NCBI RefSeq assembly: GCF_902713615.1
Contig: NC_052149.1
Span: 127,103,256-127,167,255, forward strand
Source of the DNA: Scyliorhinus canicula
Lineage: Eukaryota
Length of the DNA: 64,000 bases
Reading direction: 5' to 3'
Shown here: positions 22,861 to 35,795 of the stretch, piece by piece
How the letters are laid out: each line of letters starts with the position of its first letter
How positions within the stretch are numbered: position 1 is the first letter of the stretch
Notes under the pieces: model-generated
What the model saw: only the letters and a program-made list of their open reading frames with translations
Databases searched by the model: none
What the model was told of the DNA's origin: nothing
Made by a program: the position numbers and the translations under genes

Positions 22861-23934
22861 TATAACTTACAACGGCACTTTCAAAATCCCAACTATCTCT
22901 GGCCCTCCGATCACCACAACATTTCAGCAGGGACTGATTTACCCAACCTCACCCTCACCTCCACCTTTGATATCCTCGTCCCCAATAAAACCATTCCTCT
23001 CTCTCACCCTGACCATTCCCCCTGCTACGGCCTCATCTCCACTCACTTAATCCAAGTGACGCAGACTTGAAAGGATATGGTGGAGAACTGGTTTATCCAT
23101 TAAAATGATCCCAGACCTGACCCCAACAGTGGCTCTGAAACTGGATCCAATATTTAAGTTTATTTGTCAGACTCTGTGGAAAGAATGAATACAATATTAG
23201 CTATTAAATTTCACATCCAAAAATAACAGCTCACACTTACCCCTTAAACAACTCAATTCCCTTTGAACAAGAAAAGAGACACACAGCGCTCAATCCATCT
23301 GAATATGGGAGAATTGTGGACTCTGCGCCAGGCAGATCAGAATTCAACTCCTCTCTGCAAAGTTTCTCCAAATAAACATTGCTTCTCCGCAGCTCTTCAA
23401 AATGACTCTCTGTCAATTACAATGACAATTATAATTGCAGGCTATACCACATTTCTATTTCAGCGTGCTGGCAGGATGCTTCATTACGCCGGCTGGTCAA
23501 TGGGGTTTCCCATAGTGCGGCAGCACAACGCAGTCGGGAAACCCCCGCAACTTTCCCAATTGAACCACAGTCCATTAGTCCAGACTGAAAAACACATTCC
23601 TTTGTAAATGTCACTTTCTGGCTGCTACGAGCACCCAGGCCCAGCAAAACAGAATGCTTTAAAAAAAAATATGACCAGTGCAAACACACTCTGACCCTAA
23701 TCTTTTAACCCTTAAATTGCCCAATACTTAGAATCCAATATTCCTAAAATCTTCCAGTCGTCACTCCATCCACTGTCAGATCCGGCTGGACCACTTCAAA
23801 CACTCCCGGCTCCTACTCCCATCTGCTAAAACTGCTCACTATTCCAGGATCATCCTGGAATGTAAAGATAATCCCCGGCTTCTTTTCTCCACTGCAGACC
23901 ATCTTCTTAAACCCCTCTCTCCTGTCCCTTGTTT

Positions 23935-25418
23935 TCCAGTGCCCCCACCCACACACCCGCAACCCAGCCCCTCCCTTCCCGGGGGATGGCCGAACACCCA
24001 CCGTGCCCCACATGCCAGCACCCATGCCAGCCGCCATGGACGGGTGCTCTGACCACTGAGGCCACCATCTCCCAACCCCTGGGCTGCTTGCATCGGAACG
24101 TCTAACGGTTGTGCTGTTTGTGTCCCCCCCTCCCCCCCCCCACCACAGGAGAAGGCCGCGCACAACCGCCGGGAGCGGGGGAAGACCGGGGTGGGGGGGG
24201 GGGGGGTGGTCCACAGGACTGCAGCCTCACATCATGCCTGAGCAGAGGGCACTGGACGTGGTTGGTTGCCCGCCAGAAGGGGAGGTCACCGAGGCGGAAT
24301 TCAGCTGCGGGCGAGCATGTGGGACCCTGTGCTTAGTTGCGGATCCCCATGGAACATGTGTGAACACCCCACCCACTCCCCTCACTCCCCTCACCCACAC
24401 CCCCTCATCCCAAAACTGCACCCCCAGCCCCCTCAGCCCCCGCAACACCTCACCCCCCTCAACCCTGCCGCTGCCCCCCACCCCGCTGTCTAAACTTACA
24501 TGCCGTCTTGTGTCTTACTGGACCTCCTGAAGATGGGGCCGGACCATCCAGAGTGCAGGCCCTGTTCGAGGACCATGCCCCCCTCCCCCAGTGCCCAGAC
24601 CATCCCCATCACCCCCGCCTTAGGGATTCAACGAGACCCTGTGATGGACTGGCGCTTGCATGCAGGGATCAATCAGGTGGAAGGTGCTGCCGTGGGCATG
24701 AGTCAGACATTGTCATACGATGTGGAGCATCGAGGCTCATCACAGAGCAGATTGCCAGCATCCTCCATCCTATGGGCCAGACCCGCTGTCACTGCCAACC
24801 CCGTACCCCCAGGGACCAGACCCGCTGTCACTGCCAACCCCGCGCCCCCAGGGACCAGACCCGCTGTCACTGCCAACCCCGTGCCCCCAGGGACCAGACC
24901 CGCTGTCACTGCCAACCCCGTGCCCCCAGGGACCAGACACGCTGTCACTGCCAACCCCGTGCCCCCAGGGACCAGACCCGCTGTCACTGCCAACCCCGTG
25001 CCCCCAGGGACCAGACCCGCTGTCACTGCCAACCCCGTGCCCCCAGGGACCAGACCCGCTGTCACTGCCAACCCCGTGCCCCCAGGGACCAGACCCGCTG
25101 TCACTGCCAACCCCGTGCCCCCAGGGACCAGACCCGCTGTCACTGCCAACCCCGCGCCCCCAGGGACCAGACCCGCTGTCACTGCCAACCCCGCGCCCCC
25201 AGGGACCAGACCCGCTGTCACTGCCAACCCCGTGCCCCCAGGGACCAGACCCGCTGTCACTGCCAACCCCGTGCCCCCAGGGACCAGACCCGCTGTCACT
25301 GCCAACCCCGTGCCCCCAGGGACCAGACCCGCTGTCACTGCCAACCCCGTGCCCCCAGGTTGTAGCGCTTTCGCGAAGCTTTCGCGATTTCAGCATCAGC
25401 AAACGGAGAATCGCGCTC
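23935..25418. mobile_element. PIF/Harbinger remnant with a terminal inverted repeat at its right end
   Basis: Similar to the inter-ORF region of the element at about 29600-29750 (opposite strand); ends in CAAACGGAGAATCGCGCTC. Confidence 0.6.
24776..25358 (+). repeat. 39-bp minisatellite, about 15 near-perfect copies
   Basis: Unit CCAGACCCGCTGTCACTGCCAACCCCGTGCCCCCAGGGA. Confidence 0.97.
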
Positions 25419-25494
25419 CATATCTTTCCCTCATTTATCTAGTTTCATTCCGATCTCACCTTAGTCCCTCTCTGAGCTCATTCTGTCCATGAGA

Positions 25495-25710
25495 GGGGTG
25501 TCATCGTTGTACAGTGGTTAGCATTGCTGCCTCATGGCGCCAAGGACCAGGTTTCGATCCCGGCCCTGGGCAACTGTCCATGTGGAGTTTGCACATTCTC
25601 CCCGTGTCTGCGTGGGTCTCACCCCCACAACCCAAAGATGTTCAGGGTAGGTGGATTGGCCATGCTAAATTGCTCCTTAATTGGAAAAAGTTTTTTAAAT
25701 ATTAAAAAAT
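25495..25710 (+). mobile_element. V-SINE, internally shortened
   Basis: tRNA-like head GTACAGTGGTTAGCATTGCTGCCTCA, B box and partial V-domain. Confidence 0.75.
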
Positions 25711-25819
25711 AATTTCCCCGGATCCACCTCCTGTTTTCTCGATCGCATTCCCACTAAACTGCTGATCACCCAACATTCCCTCCTGGTCGCCCTGTTAGTC
25801 CATATTGGAAACTCCTCTC

Positions 25820-26165
25820 TCTCTGCAGATGTTCCCTTTCAGGTGAAGCAATGTTTCATTTACACCTGTTTCAATTGGACGATTGTAATCACTGCTCCCA
25901 GTTCGGTCTCCTCTGCATTGGGGAGGCTCAGCGCAGACTGTGTCACCACTTTGAGGAACACCTTCACTCAGTCTGCAAGAATGACCCCAGCCTTCCAGTA
26001 CTTTGCCATTTTAACCCAGCATTTTTCTCTCAGGCCCACATGTCCGTCCTTGGCCTGCTGCAGTGCTCCAGTGAAGCCGAATGCAAACTGGAGGAGCAGC
26101 GGCTCATCTTCTCATCAGGCTGGCTACAGCCTCCTGGAATGAAGATTGAGTTCAACAACAGTAAA
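25820..26165 (+). mobile_element. Penelope-like element GIY-YIG endonuclease fragment
   Basis: LLCIGEAQRRLCHHFEEHLHSVCKNDPSLPVLCHFN...LEEQRLIF...LQPPGMKIEFNN. Confidence 0.85.
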
Positions 26166-26996
26166 GAGAGATGCTGGGCTGGATTGTCCGTCGGCTAACG
26201 CAGAAATCACAAAATGTAATTGGGCGGAGAATTGGTTTTGACACCCAGCCTTGCTGGCCGCAGTCATAGCGGTCTGTACCTAGTCACCGAGATCCCGTGG
26301 GGGTGACCAGTTTCACGCCAAATCGCAATTCTCCATTGCCTGGACAGCGGCATCAATGCATTCCTTTCCACATGTGGAGTAAACTCCGTTGGTATATCAT
26401 TAGCGGGCCTGACCCAGTATTCTCCGGGACCCCCACGATTCTCTGCCTCCATCGGGGGGAGTCCCTGACGGCGAGGTTCACTTGTGCTTTTAAAAATCGT
26501 GAAACTGTCGCAGTGGCTGATGAGGGAGAGAGAGGAGTTCGGACACGGTGAGGTGTGACCGTGGGCTGCCGGTCCCGACACTGGCCGTGCTGGCTGGGGG
26601 GCTGGGGGTGGAAGGGCCGTGGGGCTGGGGTCACCCCCTCAGGACCATTATTCCTCACCCCATCAGACCGTTATTACCGCAGCCCGCAAGGCAGCCATCT
26701 TGCTGCACATCTCACTGACCACCCACCCTGGCCCATGGTTCTGCAGAGTGACACCGGCAGTATGGCTGCCCCCACCCCACCGTCGCTCCATTCCACCCCA
26801 ACACCCCCAAATCCACCTTCCTCCATACCACCCCACCTTCACCCAACCGGCTGGAACCGGCCAGTGGGGCTGCACGCGGCCCACCCAAGCCCACAGTAGC
26901 CGCTGCAGAGGGGGGGCCGGACAGGGGGCGTGGAGCATATCGGCTGGCAAGGGCATTTCCAGCCTCTGGTACCCCTGGCAGCAAAGATGGGCACCA

Positions 26997-27785
26997 ATCT
27001 CTCCCTCATTGTCAACAAAACTAATGAGCTGGTCATTGACTTCAGGAAGCAAAGTATTGTACACGCCCCTGTCTGAATCAATGGTGCCGAGTTGGAGATG
27101 GTTGACAACTTCAAATTCCTCGGTGTGAACTTCACCAACAATCTATCCTGGTCCAACCACGTCGACGCTACCACCAAGAAAGCACAACAGAGTCGATACT
27201 TCCTCAGGAAACTAAGGAAATTTGGCATGTCCACATTGACTCTTACCAACTTTTACAGATGCACCATAGAAAGCATCCTATCGGGCTGCATCACAGCCTG
27301 ATAGGGCAACTGCTTGGCCCAAGACCGTAAGAATCTATAGAGAGTCGTAAACACAGCTCAGTTCATCACACAAACCTGCCGCCCATCCATTGACTCTGTC
27401 TACACCTCCCGCTACCTGGGGAAAGCGGCAGCATAATGTAAGAGCCCGCCCACCCGGGTTATTCACTCTTCCCACTTCTTCCATCGGCAGAAGATACAAA
27501 AGTCTGAGAACACACATGGATAGATTCAGAAACAGCTACTTCCCCGCTGTTACCCGACTCCTGAATGACCCTCTTATGGACTGATCTGATCTCTTCACAC
27601 ATCTTCTCTACTGATTAGTACTACACTCCAGTATGCTTCACTCGATGCTTGTGGCTATGTATTTACATTGTCTATTTATGTATGCCTTATGTGTTTTTTT
27701 CATGTATGGAATGATCTGTCTGGACTGTGCGCAGAACAATACGTTTCACTGTACCTCGGTACACGTGACAATAAAACAAATCCAA
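26997..27785 (+). mobile_element. Rex1/Babar-clade LINE 3' fragment
   Basis: ELVIDFRK, VDNFKFLGV, TKKAQQSRYFLRKLRKF and FYRCTIESILSGCIT motifs. Confidence 0.88.
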
Positions 27786-28284
27786 ACCCAAGGATGGAGT
27801 GCTGGCCACACAACAGGCCGAGGAGGAGGAGGAGGAGGAGGTGCAAAGGAGGCGCCACATGAGGCCTCATGTGTACCGGCAGCACCTGACATTCGAGGAT
27901 CTGCCGGACCGGGCATGCTGTCGAAGGCTCCGGCTGATCAGGGGAGAGTGCGGCATTTATGCCAGATCATGGCACAGCTGGCACCCAGGGGGAATTGGGG
28001 TGAACACCTGCTCCCAGTGGCTGTCAAGTGATGGTCGCCCTGAACCTTTACGCCATGGGGTCCTTCCAGGCGCCGAGTGGGAACCTGTCTGGGATCTCAC
28101 AGAGCTCGGTGCACAGGTGTATCCGTGCCTCATGGAGGTCCTATGTACCCAGGTGGTTCAATACGTCCACTTCAATGTGGACCGAGTCCACCAACATGCC
28201 CGGGTAGCGGGGTTCACCATCATCTCCGAGCTGCCCCAGGTTCAGGCGATGATCGACGGGATGCACGTTGACAGGCCGCTCTAC

Positions 28285-28877
28285 TGTTATGGGCCAGGGT
28301 TTAGAGAACCCCAAAGTGTATCATGGAGTTCACCTGACCCACAACTTTTACTAGATTGTAGTATGGGGAGCACACGGCCCACTCTACAGATGTGGTACAG
28401 CAGAAATGGAAAAGTATTTTTTCCAGCAAACAATGTTTACTCTATGAATCAAGTTAACATTTTTTAAAACATACAGTGAACATCTTAGCAACCATGAATT
28501 CAAATACAACTCCGTAAGAAAACAACATTAAGTCATCCTTAAGCTTTCCTTTTAACATCCGTAAGACTTAAAAAAAACCTTTTCACAGAAGCACATCAGG
28601 TTTAAATTCACTACTGAGAAAAGTTATCCCTCTGAATTCACCAAATGATCAAGAGATAGTCTTTACATGGCAGAGAGAACAACATTACACCTCCTGCGGC
28701 TGACTGCAGCTTCAACACCCACAGTGTTTCAACAAAACCAAAAAACCCACAGACACACCCAAGCGTTTTCTCAAAGCAAAACTAAAAAGCAGAGCCAGAG
28801 CTAAGCTCCACCCACACTCTGACATCACTGCAGTAATAGACACCCATTCCTTAAAGGTAATCTCACATGACATGACA
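28285..28877 (-). mobile_element. Probable solo LTR (about 590 bp) interrupting the Harbinger A transposase
   Basis: TG...CA termini (TGTTATG...CATGACA); transposase homology resumes on both sides; no clean TSD found. Confidence 0.6.
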
Positions 28878-30609
28878 CAAACCAAAAGTGGTTCCACTCA
28901 ATGTAAGTGCAGCTGGGATCTGTGCCCGATACCCGGGCAGTGTACACGACGCCTTCACCCTGGCACACACAATGATTCCCGGCCTCCTTGAGGTGCACCC
29001 CCGGCTGGGGGGTTGGATCCTGTACGACAGGGGTTATCCACTTTGGTCGTGGTGGATGATGCCTATCTGCAGTGCGCAGACTGTTACGGAAACCCGCTAC
29101 AATGCCGCTCACGCAACGACCAGGGGCGTGAAGGACCGGTGCTTCAACATCCTGAAGATGCTGCTCAGGTGTCTGGACCACTCTGGAGAGCCCTGTGGGC
29201 GGAGTGGGATGGCCGCCCACATTGTGGTGGTCTGCTGTGTCCTCCACAACATCGTGCAGCATATGGGAGACGTGCTGGAGGAGCAGGATGAACGTTAGTC
29301 CTTGTCCAATGAGGAGGATGGGGAGGAGGGCCAGGATGGACAGGACATAGGGCCCAGGCAGGCATGGAAAGCCACACAACGTGTGAGCCAGGGTCAAGGT
29401 GCATGCAACGCTCTGATCGCTTCCACGTTCACCGACTAGGTGGGGGACAGGCCTGGGGCACTCCCCCCCCCCCACCTCCCCACCCCCCCCCACCCCCCCC
29501 ACCCCCATCCACCCACCTCCCCACCCCCATCCACCCAACCCCCCCCCCCCCCCCCCCCCAGTGATCCGCACATCTGCAACCCCCTCCGTGATACCCACCT
29601 GCCGCACTGCGGGGGTGTGGGCCCTGTGTTGGCAGTAATAGCGGGTCTGGTCCATGGGTTGGAGAATGATGACAACTCGCTCTGCGATGAGATCTGGGTA
29701 GCCCGCATCGTTTGACAAGCCCTGACTCCGGCCCATTGTGACAAATAAATTATTATTATCATTCAACTGTGCCCTGCACCCGTGCCAACGTAACTGGTAT
29801 CTAATTTTCTGGCCTTACAGATCCTAAGGCTATGTCTAGGTGGATCCCCAGATGGTACATCATGATTGGAGGTGGCCTGCTGTGACTCCTGCCCTGACCT
29901 GGATCCCCATTGGCGGCATCTTCTGGGGCGACCGGACCTGGATGGGATCGGCTGCTGCTCGAGTGTCGCAGGTGGCGTGGTGCCACCCTGTACTTCCCAA
30001 TCCCCATATGATGCGCCAAGGACAGGAATATGGTGTTGGCCTGGGTGGCACCATGGTCGGCACGACCTCCTCATTCTGCACGCGGTTGAACTTCTCCACT
30101 TGCACCTGTAGGTGCTGGATTCTCGCCGATATCTCCTCATGTGGTCCCTGGCTCTGTGACGGCATCTCCGCAATCAATGGGACTGCCTGTTCCAGAAACC
30201 TGAAACCTGTCTGGACAGCAGCTAGTCCCCGGGGTCGGACCTACGACTATCCATCCCCTTGGGAGTTCCTACCTCCACCTGCTGTACCGGAGCATCTCTG
30301 AGGTGCGCATCAGAGAGCGTCCCAGGAGCTTCTTCACTAAAGTGCCCAATTGAGGTGAGTGTCTCTGGGTTGGTGGAGGGTGTTGGAGACAGCTGTGACG
30401 GGAAATCACTGACATCCTCCCACCCGAGCTCCGGGTTGTCCTGGGTCTTGGGCTTATGGGTCCCCTCCGTGTCGGTGTTCCGCTCACCGCTCGGCTCACA
30501 GAGGGGTCTGGCTGTTGTTGGGTTGGGGACAGGGGACTCCAGAAGGTCCCATCCCATCACCAGCGGGTCCTGCAAAATACAAGACAAGATGCATGATTAG
30601 ACTGCGGGC

Positions 30610-33600
30610 CGGGGGGGTAGTGGGTGTGCGGGGGTGATGGGCGTGTAGCGGTGGTGTGAGGGTGAGGGTTTGGGGCTGAGGGTGGTGTGAGGATGGTGTG
30701 GGGGTTAGGGTGGTGTGGGGGTGAGGGTGGTGTGGGGGTGAGGGTGGTGTGGGGGTGGTGTGGGGGTGAGGGTGGTGTGAGGGTGGTGTTGGGGTGAGGG
30801 TGGTGTGGGGGCGGTGTGGGGGTGAGGGTGGTGTTGGGGTGAGGGTGGTGTGGGGGTGGTGTGGGGGTGAGGGTGGTGTGGGGGTGAGGGTGGTGTGGGG
30901 GTGAGGGTGGTGTGGGTGTGATGGTGGTGAAGGTGGTGTGGGGGTGGTGTGGGGGTGGGGGAGGGTGTGGGGGGGGTGAGGGTGGTGTTGGGTGGGGGTA
31001 AGGGTGGTGTGGGGGTGAGGGCGGTGTTGGGGTGAGGATGGTGTGGGGGTGAGGGTGGTGTGGGGGTGAGGGCAGTGAGGGGGTGGTGAGGGGGTGGTGT
31101 GGGGGTGGTGTGGGGGTGAGGGCGGTGTTGGGGTGAGGATGGGGTGGGGGTGATGTGAGGGTGGGGTGGGTGTGAGGGTGGGGTGGGGTGGGTGTGAGGG
31201 TGGGGTGGGGTGAGGATGGGGTGGGGTTGAGGATGGTGTGGGGTGAGGATGGTGTGGGGGTGAGGATGGTGTGGGGATGAGGATGGTGTGGGGGTGAGGA
31301 TGGTGTGGGGGTGAGGATGGTGTCGGGGTGAGGGTGGTGTGGGGGTGAGGGCAGTGAGGGGGTGGTGTGGGGGTGAGGGTGGTGAGGGGGTGGTGAGGGG
31401 GTGAGAGTGGGGTGGAGGTGAGGGTGGGGTGGGGTGAGAGTGGTGTGGGGTTGAGGGTGGTGTGGGGGTGAGGGTGGTGTTGGGGTGAGAGGGTGTGGGG
31501 GTGAGGGTGGGGTGGGGTGAGGGTGGGGTGGGGTGAGGGTGGTGTGGGGGTGAGGGTGGTGTGGGGGTGAGGGTGGTGTTGGGGTGAGAGTGGTGTGGGG
31601 GTGAGAGTGGTGTGAGGGTGGGGTGGGGGGTGAGGGTGGTGTGGGGTGGGGGTGGTGTGGGGGTGAGGGTGGTGTTGGGGTGAGAGTGGTGTGGGGGTGA
31701 GGGTGGGGTGGGGGTGAGGGTGGGGTGGGGTGAGGGTGGTGTGGGGGTGGGGGTGCTGTGGGGGTGGTGTGGGGGTGAGGGTGGTGAGGGTGGTGTGGGG
31801 GTGGTGTGGGGGTGAGGGTGGTGTGGGGGTGTGGGGGTGGTGTGGGGGTGAGGGTGGTGTGGGTGTGAGGGGTGGTGTGAGGGTGAGGGTGGTGAGGGTG
31901 GTGTGGGTGTGAGGGTGGTGTGAGGGTGAGGGTGGTGTGGGGGTGGTGTGGGGGTGAGGGTGGTGTGGGTGTGAGGGTGGTGTGAGGGTGAGGGTGGTGA
32001 GGGTGGTCTGGGTGTGAGGGTGGTGTGAGGGTGAGGGTGGTGTGGGGGTGGTGTGGGGGTGAGGGTGGTGTGGGTGTGAGGGTGGTGTGAGGGTGAGGGT
32101 GGTGAGGGTGGTGTGGTTGTGAGGGTGGTGTGAGGGTGAGGGTGGTGAGGGTGGTGTGAGGGTGAGGGTGGTGTGGGGGTCAGGGTGGTGAGGGTGGTGT
32201 GGGGGTGGTGTGGGTGTGAGGGTGGTGTGAGGGTGAGGGTGGTGAGGGTGGTGTGGGGGTGAGGGTGGTGTGGGGGTGAGGGTGGGGTGGGGTGAGGGTG
32301 GGGTGGGGGTGGTGTGTGGGTGAGGGTGGCGTGGTGGTGAGGGTGGTGTTGGGGTGAGGGTGGTGTGGGGGTGGTGTGGGGGTGAGTGTGGTGTGGGGGT
32401 GAGGGTGGTGTGGGGGTGAGGGCGGTGTGGGGGTGAGGGCGGTGTTGGGGTGAGGGTGGGGTGGGGGTGCGGGCGGTGTTGGGGTGAGGATGGGGTGGGG
32501 GTGAGGATGGTGTGGGGGTGAGGGTGGTGTGGGGGTGGTGTGAGGGTGGGGTGGGTGTGAGGGTGGGGTGGGGGTGAAGGTGGGGTGGGGGTGAGGGTGG
32601 TGTGGGGGTGTGGGTGGGGTGGGGGTGAGGGCGGTGTTGGGGTGAGGATGGGGTGGGGTTGAAGATGGCATGGGGGTGAGGATGGTGTGGGGGTGAGGGT
32701 GGTGTTGGGGTGAGGATGGTGTGGGGGTAAGGGTGGTGTGGGGGTGAGGGCGGTGTTGGGGTGAGGATGGTGTGGGGGTGAGGGTGGTGTGGGGGTGAGG
32801 GCAGTGAGGGGGTGGTGAGGGGGTGGTGTGGGGGTGGTGTGGGGGTGAGGGCGGTGTTGGGGTGAGGATGGGGTGGGGGTGATGTGAGGGTGGGGTGGGT
32901 GTGAGGGTGGGGTGGGGTGGGTGTGAGGGTGGGGTGGGGTGAGGATGGGGTGGGGTTGAGGATGGTGTGGGGTGAGGATGGTGTGGGGGTGAGGATGGTG
33001 TGGGGATGAGGATGGTGTGGGGGTGAGGATGGTGTGGGGGTGAGGATGGTGTGGGGGTGAGGGTGGTGTGGGGGTGAGGGCAGTGAGGGGGTGGTGTGGG
33101 GGTGAGGGTGGTGAGGGGGTGGTGAGGGGGTGAGAGTGGGGTGGAGGTGAGGGTGGGGTGGGGTGAGAGTGGTGTGGGGTTGAGGGTGGTGTGGGGGTGA
33201 GGGTGGTGTTGGGGTGAGAAGGGTGTGGGGGGTGAGGGTGGTGTGGGGGTGAGGGTGGGGTGGGGGTTGAGGGTGGGGGGTGGGGTGGGGTGTGTGGGGT
33301 GAGGGTGGTGTGGGGGTGAGGGTGGTGTTGGGTGAGAAGTGGTTTGGGGGTGAGAGTGGTGTGAGGGTGGGGTGGGGAGGTGAGGGTGGTGTGGGGTGTG
33401 GGGTGGTGTGGTGGAGTTGAGGGTGGTGTGTGGGGTGAGAGTGGTGTGCGGGGGTGGGGGGCTCTGTGGGGGGTGGTGTGGGGAGTGAGGTGGCTGACTG
33501 ACGGGTGGTGTGGGGGTGGTGTGGGGGTGAGGGTGGTGTGTGGGTGTGAGGGCGTGGTGTGGGGGTGAGGGTGGTGTGAGGGTGTGTGAGGGTGGTGTGA

Positions 33601-35795
33601 GGGTGAGGGTGGTGAGGGTTGGTGTGGGTGTGTGAGGGTGTGGGGTGTGAGGGTGGTGTGAGGGTGAGGGTGGTGAGGGTGGTGTGGGGGTGGTGTGGGG
33701 GTGAGGGTGGTGTGGGTGTGAGGGTGGTGTGAGGGTGAGGGTGGTGAGGGTGGTCTGGGTGTGAGGGTGGTGTGAGGGTGAGGGTGGTGTGGGGGTGGTG
33801 TGGGGGTGAGGGTGGTGTGGGTGTGAGGGTGGTGTGAGGGTGAGGGTGGTGAGGGTGGTGTGGTTGTGAGGGTGGTGTGAGGGTGAGGGTGGTGTGGGGG
33901 TCAGGGTGGTGAGGGTGGTGTGGGGGTGGTGTGGGTGTGAGGGTGGTGTGAGGGTGAGGGTGGTGAGGGTGGTGTGGGGGTGAGGGTGGGTGTGGGGGTG
34001 AGGGTGGGGTGGGGTGAGGGTGGTGTGGGGGTGGTGTGTGGGTGAGGGTGGCGTGGTGGTGAGGGTGGTGTTGGGGTGAGGGTGGTGTGGGGGTGGTGTG
34101 GGGGTGAGTGTGGTGTGGGGGTGAGGGTGGTGTGGGGGTGAGGGCGGTGTGGGGGTGAGGGCGGTGTTAGGGTGAGGGTGGGGTGGGGGTGCGGGCGGTG
34201 TTGGGGTGAGGATGGGGTGGGGGTGAGGATGGTGTGGGGGTGAGGGTGGTGTGGGGGTGGTGTGAGGGTGGGGTGGGTGTGAGGGTGGGGTGGGGGTGAG
34301 GGCGATGTTGGGGTGAGGATGGGGTGGGGTTGAAGATGGCATGGGGGTGAGGATGGTGTGGGGGTGAGGGTGGTGTGGGGGTGGTGTGAGGGTGGGGTGG
34401 GTGTGAGGGTGGGGTGGGGGTGAAGGTGGGGTGGGGGTGAGGGTGGTGTGGGGGTGTGGGTGGGGTGGGGGTGAGGGCGGTGTTGGGGTGAGGATGGGGT
34501 GGGGTTGAAGATGGCATGGGGGTGAGGATGGCGTGGGTGTGGTGTGGGTGGTGTCGGGGTGATGTGAGGGTGGTGTGGTGTGAGGGTGGTGTGAGGGTGG
34601 TGTGGAGTGAGGGTGAGGATGGGGGTGAGGATGGCGTGGGTGTGGTGTGGGGGTGAGGGTGGTGTGGGGGTGAGGGTGGTGTGAGGGTGGTGTGGAGTGA
34701 GGGGTGAGGATGGGGGTGAGGATGGCGTGGGTGTGGTGTGGGTGGTGTCGGGGTGATGTGAGGGTGGTGTGGTGTGAGGGTCGTGTGAGGGTGGTGTGGG
34801 GGTGAGGGGTGGTGTGGGGGTGATGTGAGGGTGGTTTGGTGTGAGGGTGGTGTGAGGGTGGTGTGGGGGTGAGGGTGGTGTGGGGGTGGTGTGGGGGTGG
34901 TGTGAGGGTGGTGTGAGGGTGGTGTGGTGTGAGGGTGGTGTGAGGGTGGTGTGGGGGTGGTGTGAGGGTGGTGTGGGGGTGGTGTGAGGGTGGTGTGAGG
35001 GTGGTGTGGTGTGAGGGTGGTGTGGGGGTGGTGTGAGGGTGGTGTGAGGGTGGTGTGAGGGTGGTGTGAGGGTGGTGTGGGGGTGGTGTGAGGGTGGTGT
35101 GAGGGTGGTGTGGTGTGAGGGTGGTGTGGGGGTGGTGTGAGGGTGGTGTGAGGGTGGTGTGAGGGTGGTGTGAGGGTGGTGTGGGGGTGGTGTGAGGGTG
35201 GTGTGAGGGTGGTGTGAGGGTGGTGTGGGGTTGATGTGCGTGGTGTGAGGGTGATGTGGGTGGTGTGGGGTGATGTGAGGGTGGTGTGGTGTGAGGGTGG
35301 TGTGGGGGTGAGGGTGGTGTGAGGGTGGTATGCGGGTGAGGGTGGTGTGGGGGTGGTATGCGGGTGAGGGTGGTGTGGGGGTGGTGTGAGGGTGGTGTGA
35401 GGGTGGTGTGAGGGTGGTGTGGGGGTGGTGTGGGGTTGAGGGTGGTGTGAGGGTGGTGTGGGGTTGATGTGCGTGGTGTGAGGGTGATGTGGGTGGTGTG
35501 GGGGTGGTGTGAGGGTGGTGTGGGGGTGAGGGTGGTGTGAGGGTGGTATGCGGGTGAGGGTGGTGTGGGAGTGGTGTGAGGGTGGTGTGAGGGTGGTGTG
35601 AGGGTGGTGTGAGGGTGGTGTGGGGGTGGTGTGGGGTTGAGGGTGGTGTGAGGGTGGTGTGGGGTTGATGTGCGTGGTGTGAGGGTGATGTGGGTGGTGT
35701 GGGGGTGGTGTGAGGGTGGTGTGGGGGTGAGGGTGGTGTGAGGGTGGTATGCGGGTGAGGGTGGTGTGGGAGTGGTGTGGGTGTGAGGGTGGTGT
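30610..35795 (+). repeat. About 5.2-kb G/T-rich low-complexity tandem repeat inside an intron of the Harbinger A Myb ORF
   Basis: Units such as TGAGGGTGGTG and GGGGTGAGGGTGGTGTG; very few C on the + strand. Confidence 0.97.

Noticed and set aside
23566-23594. Cryptic RSS CACAGTC...TGAAAAACA downstream of C1
   Set aside because: Imperfect heptamer, and at best a 6/9 nonamer with a 13-bp spacer; within chance expectation.
24500-25492. Repeat-protein ORFs (e.g. PVPPGTRPAVTAN x15)
   Set aside because: A 39-bp unit without stop codons is open in several frames, and it derives from noncoding Harbinger sequence.
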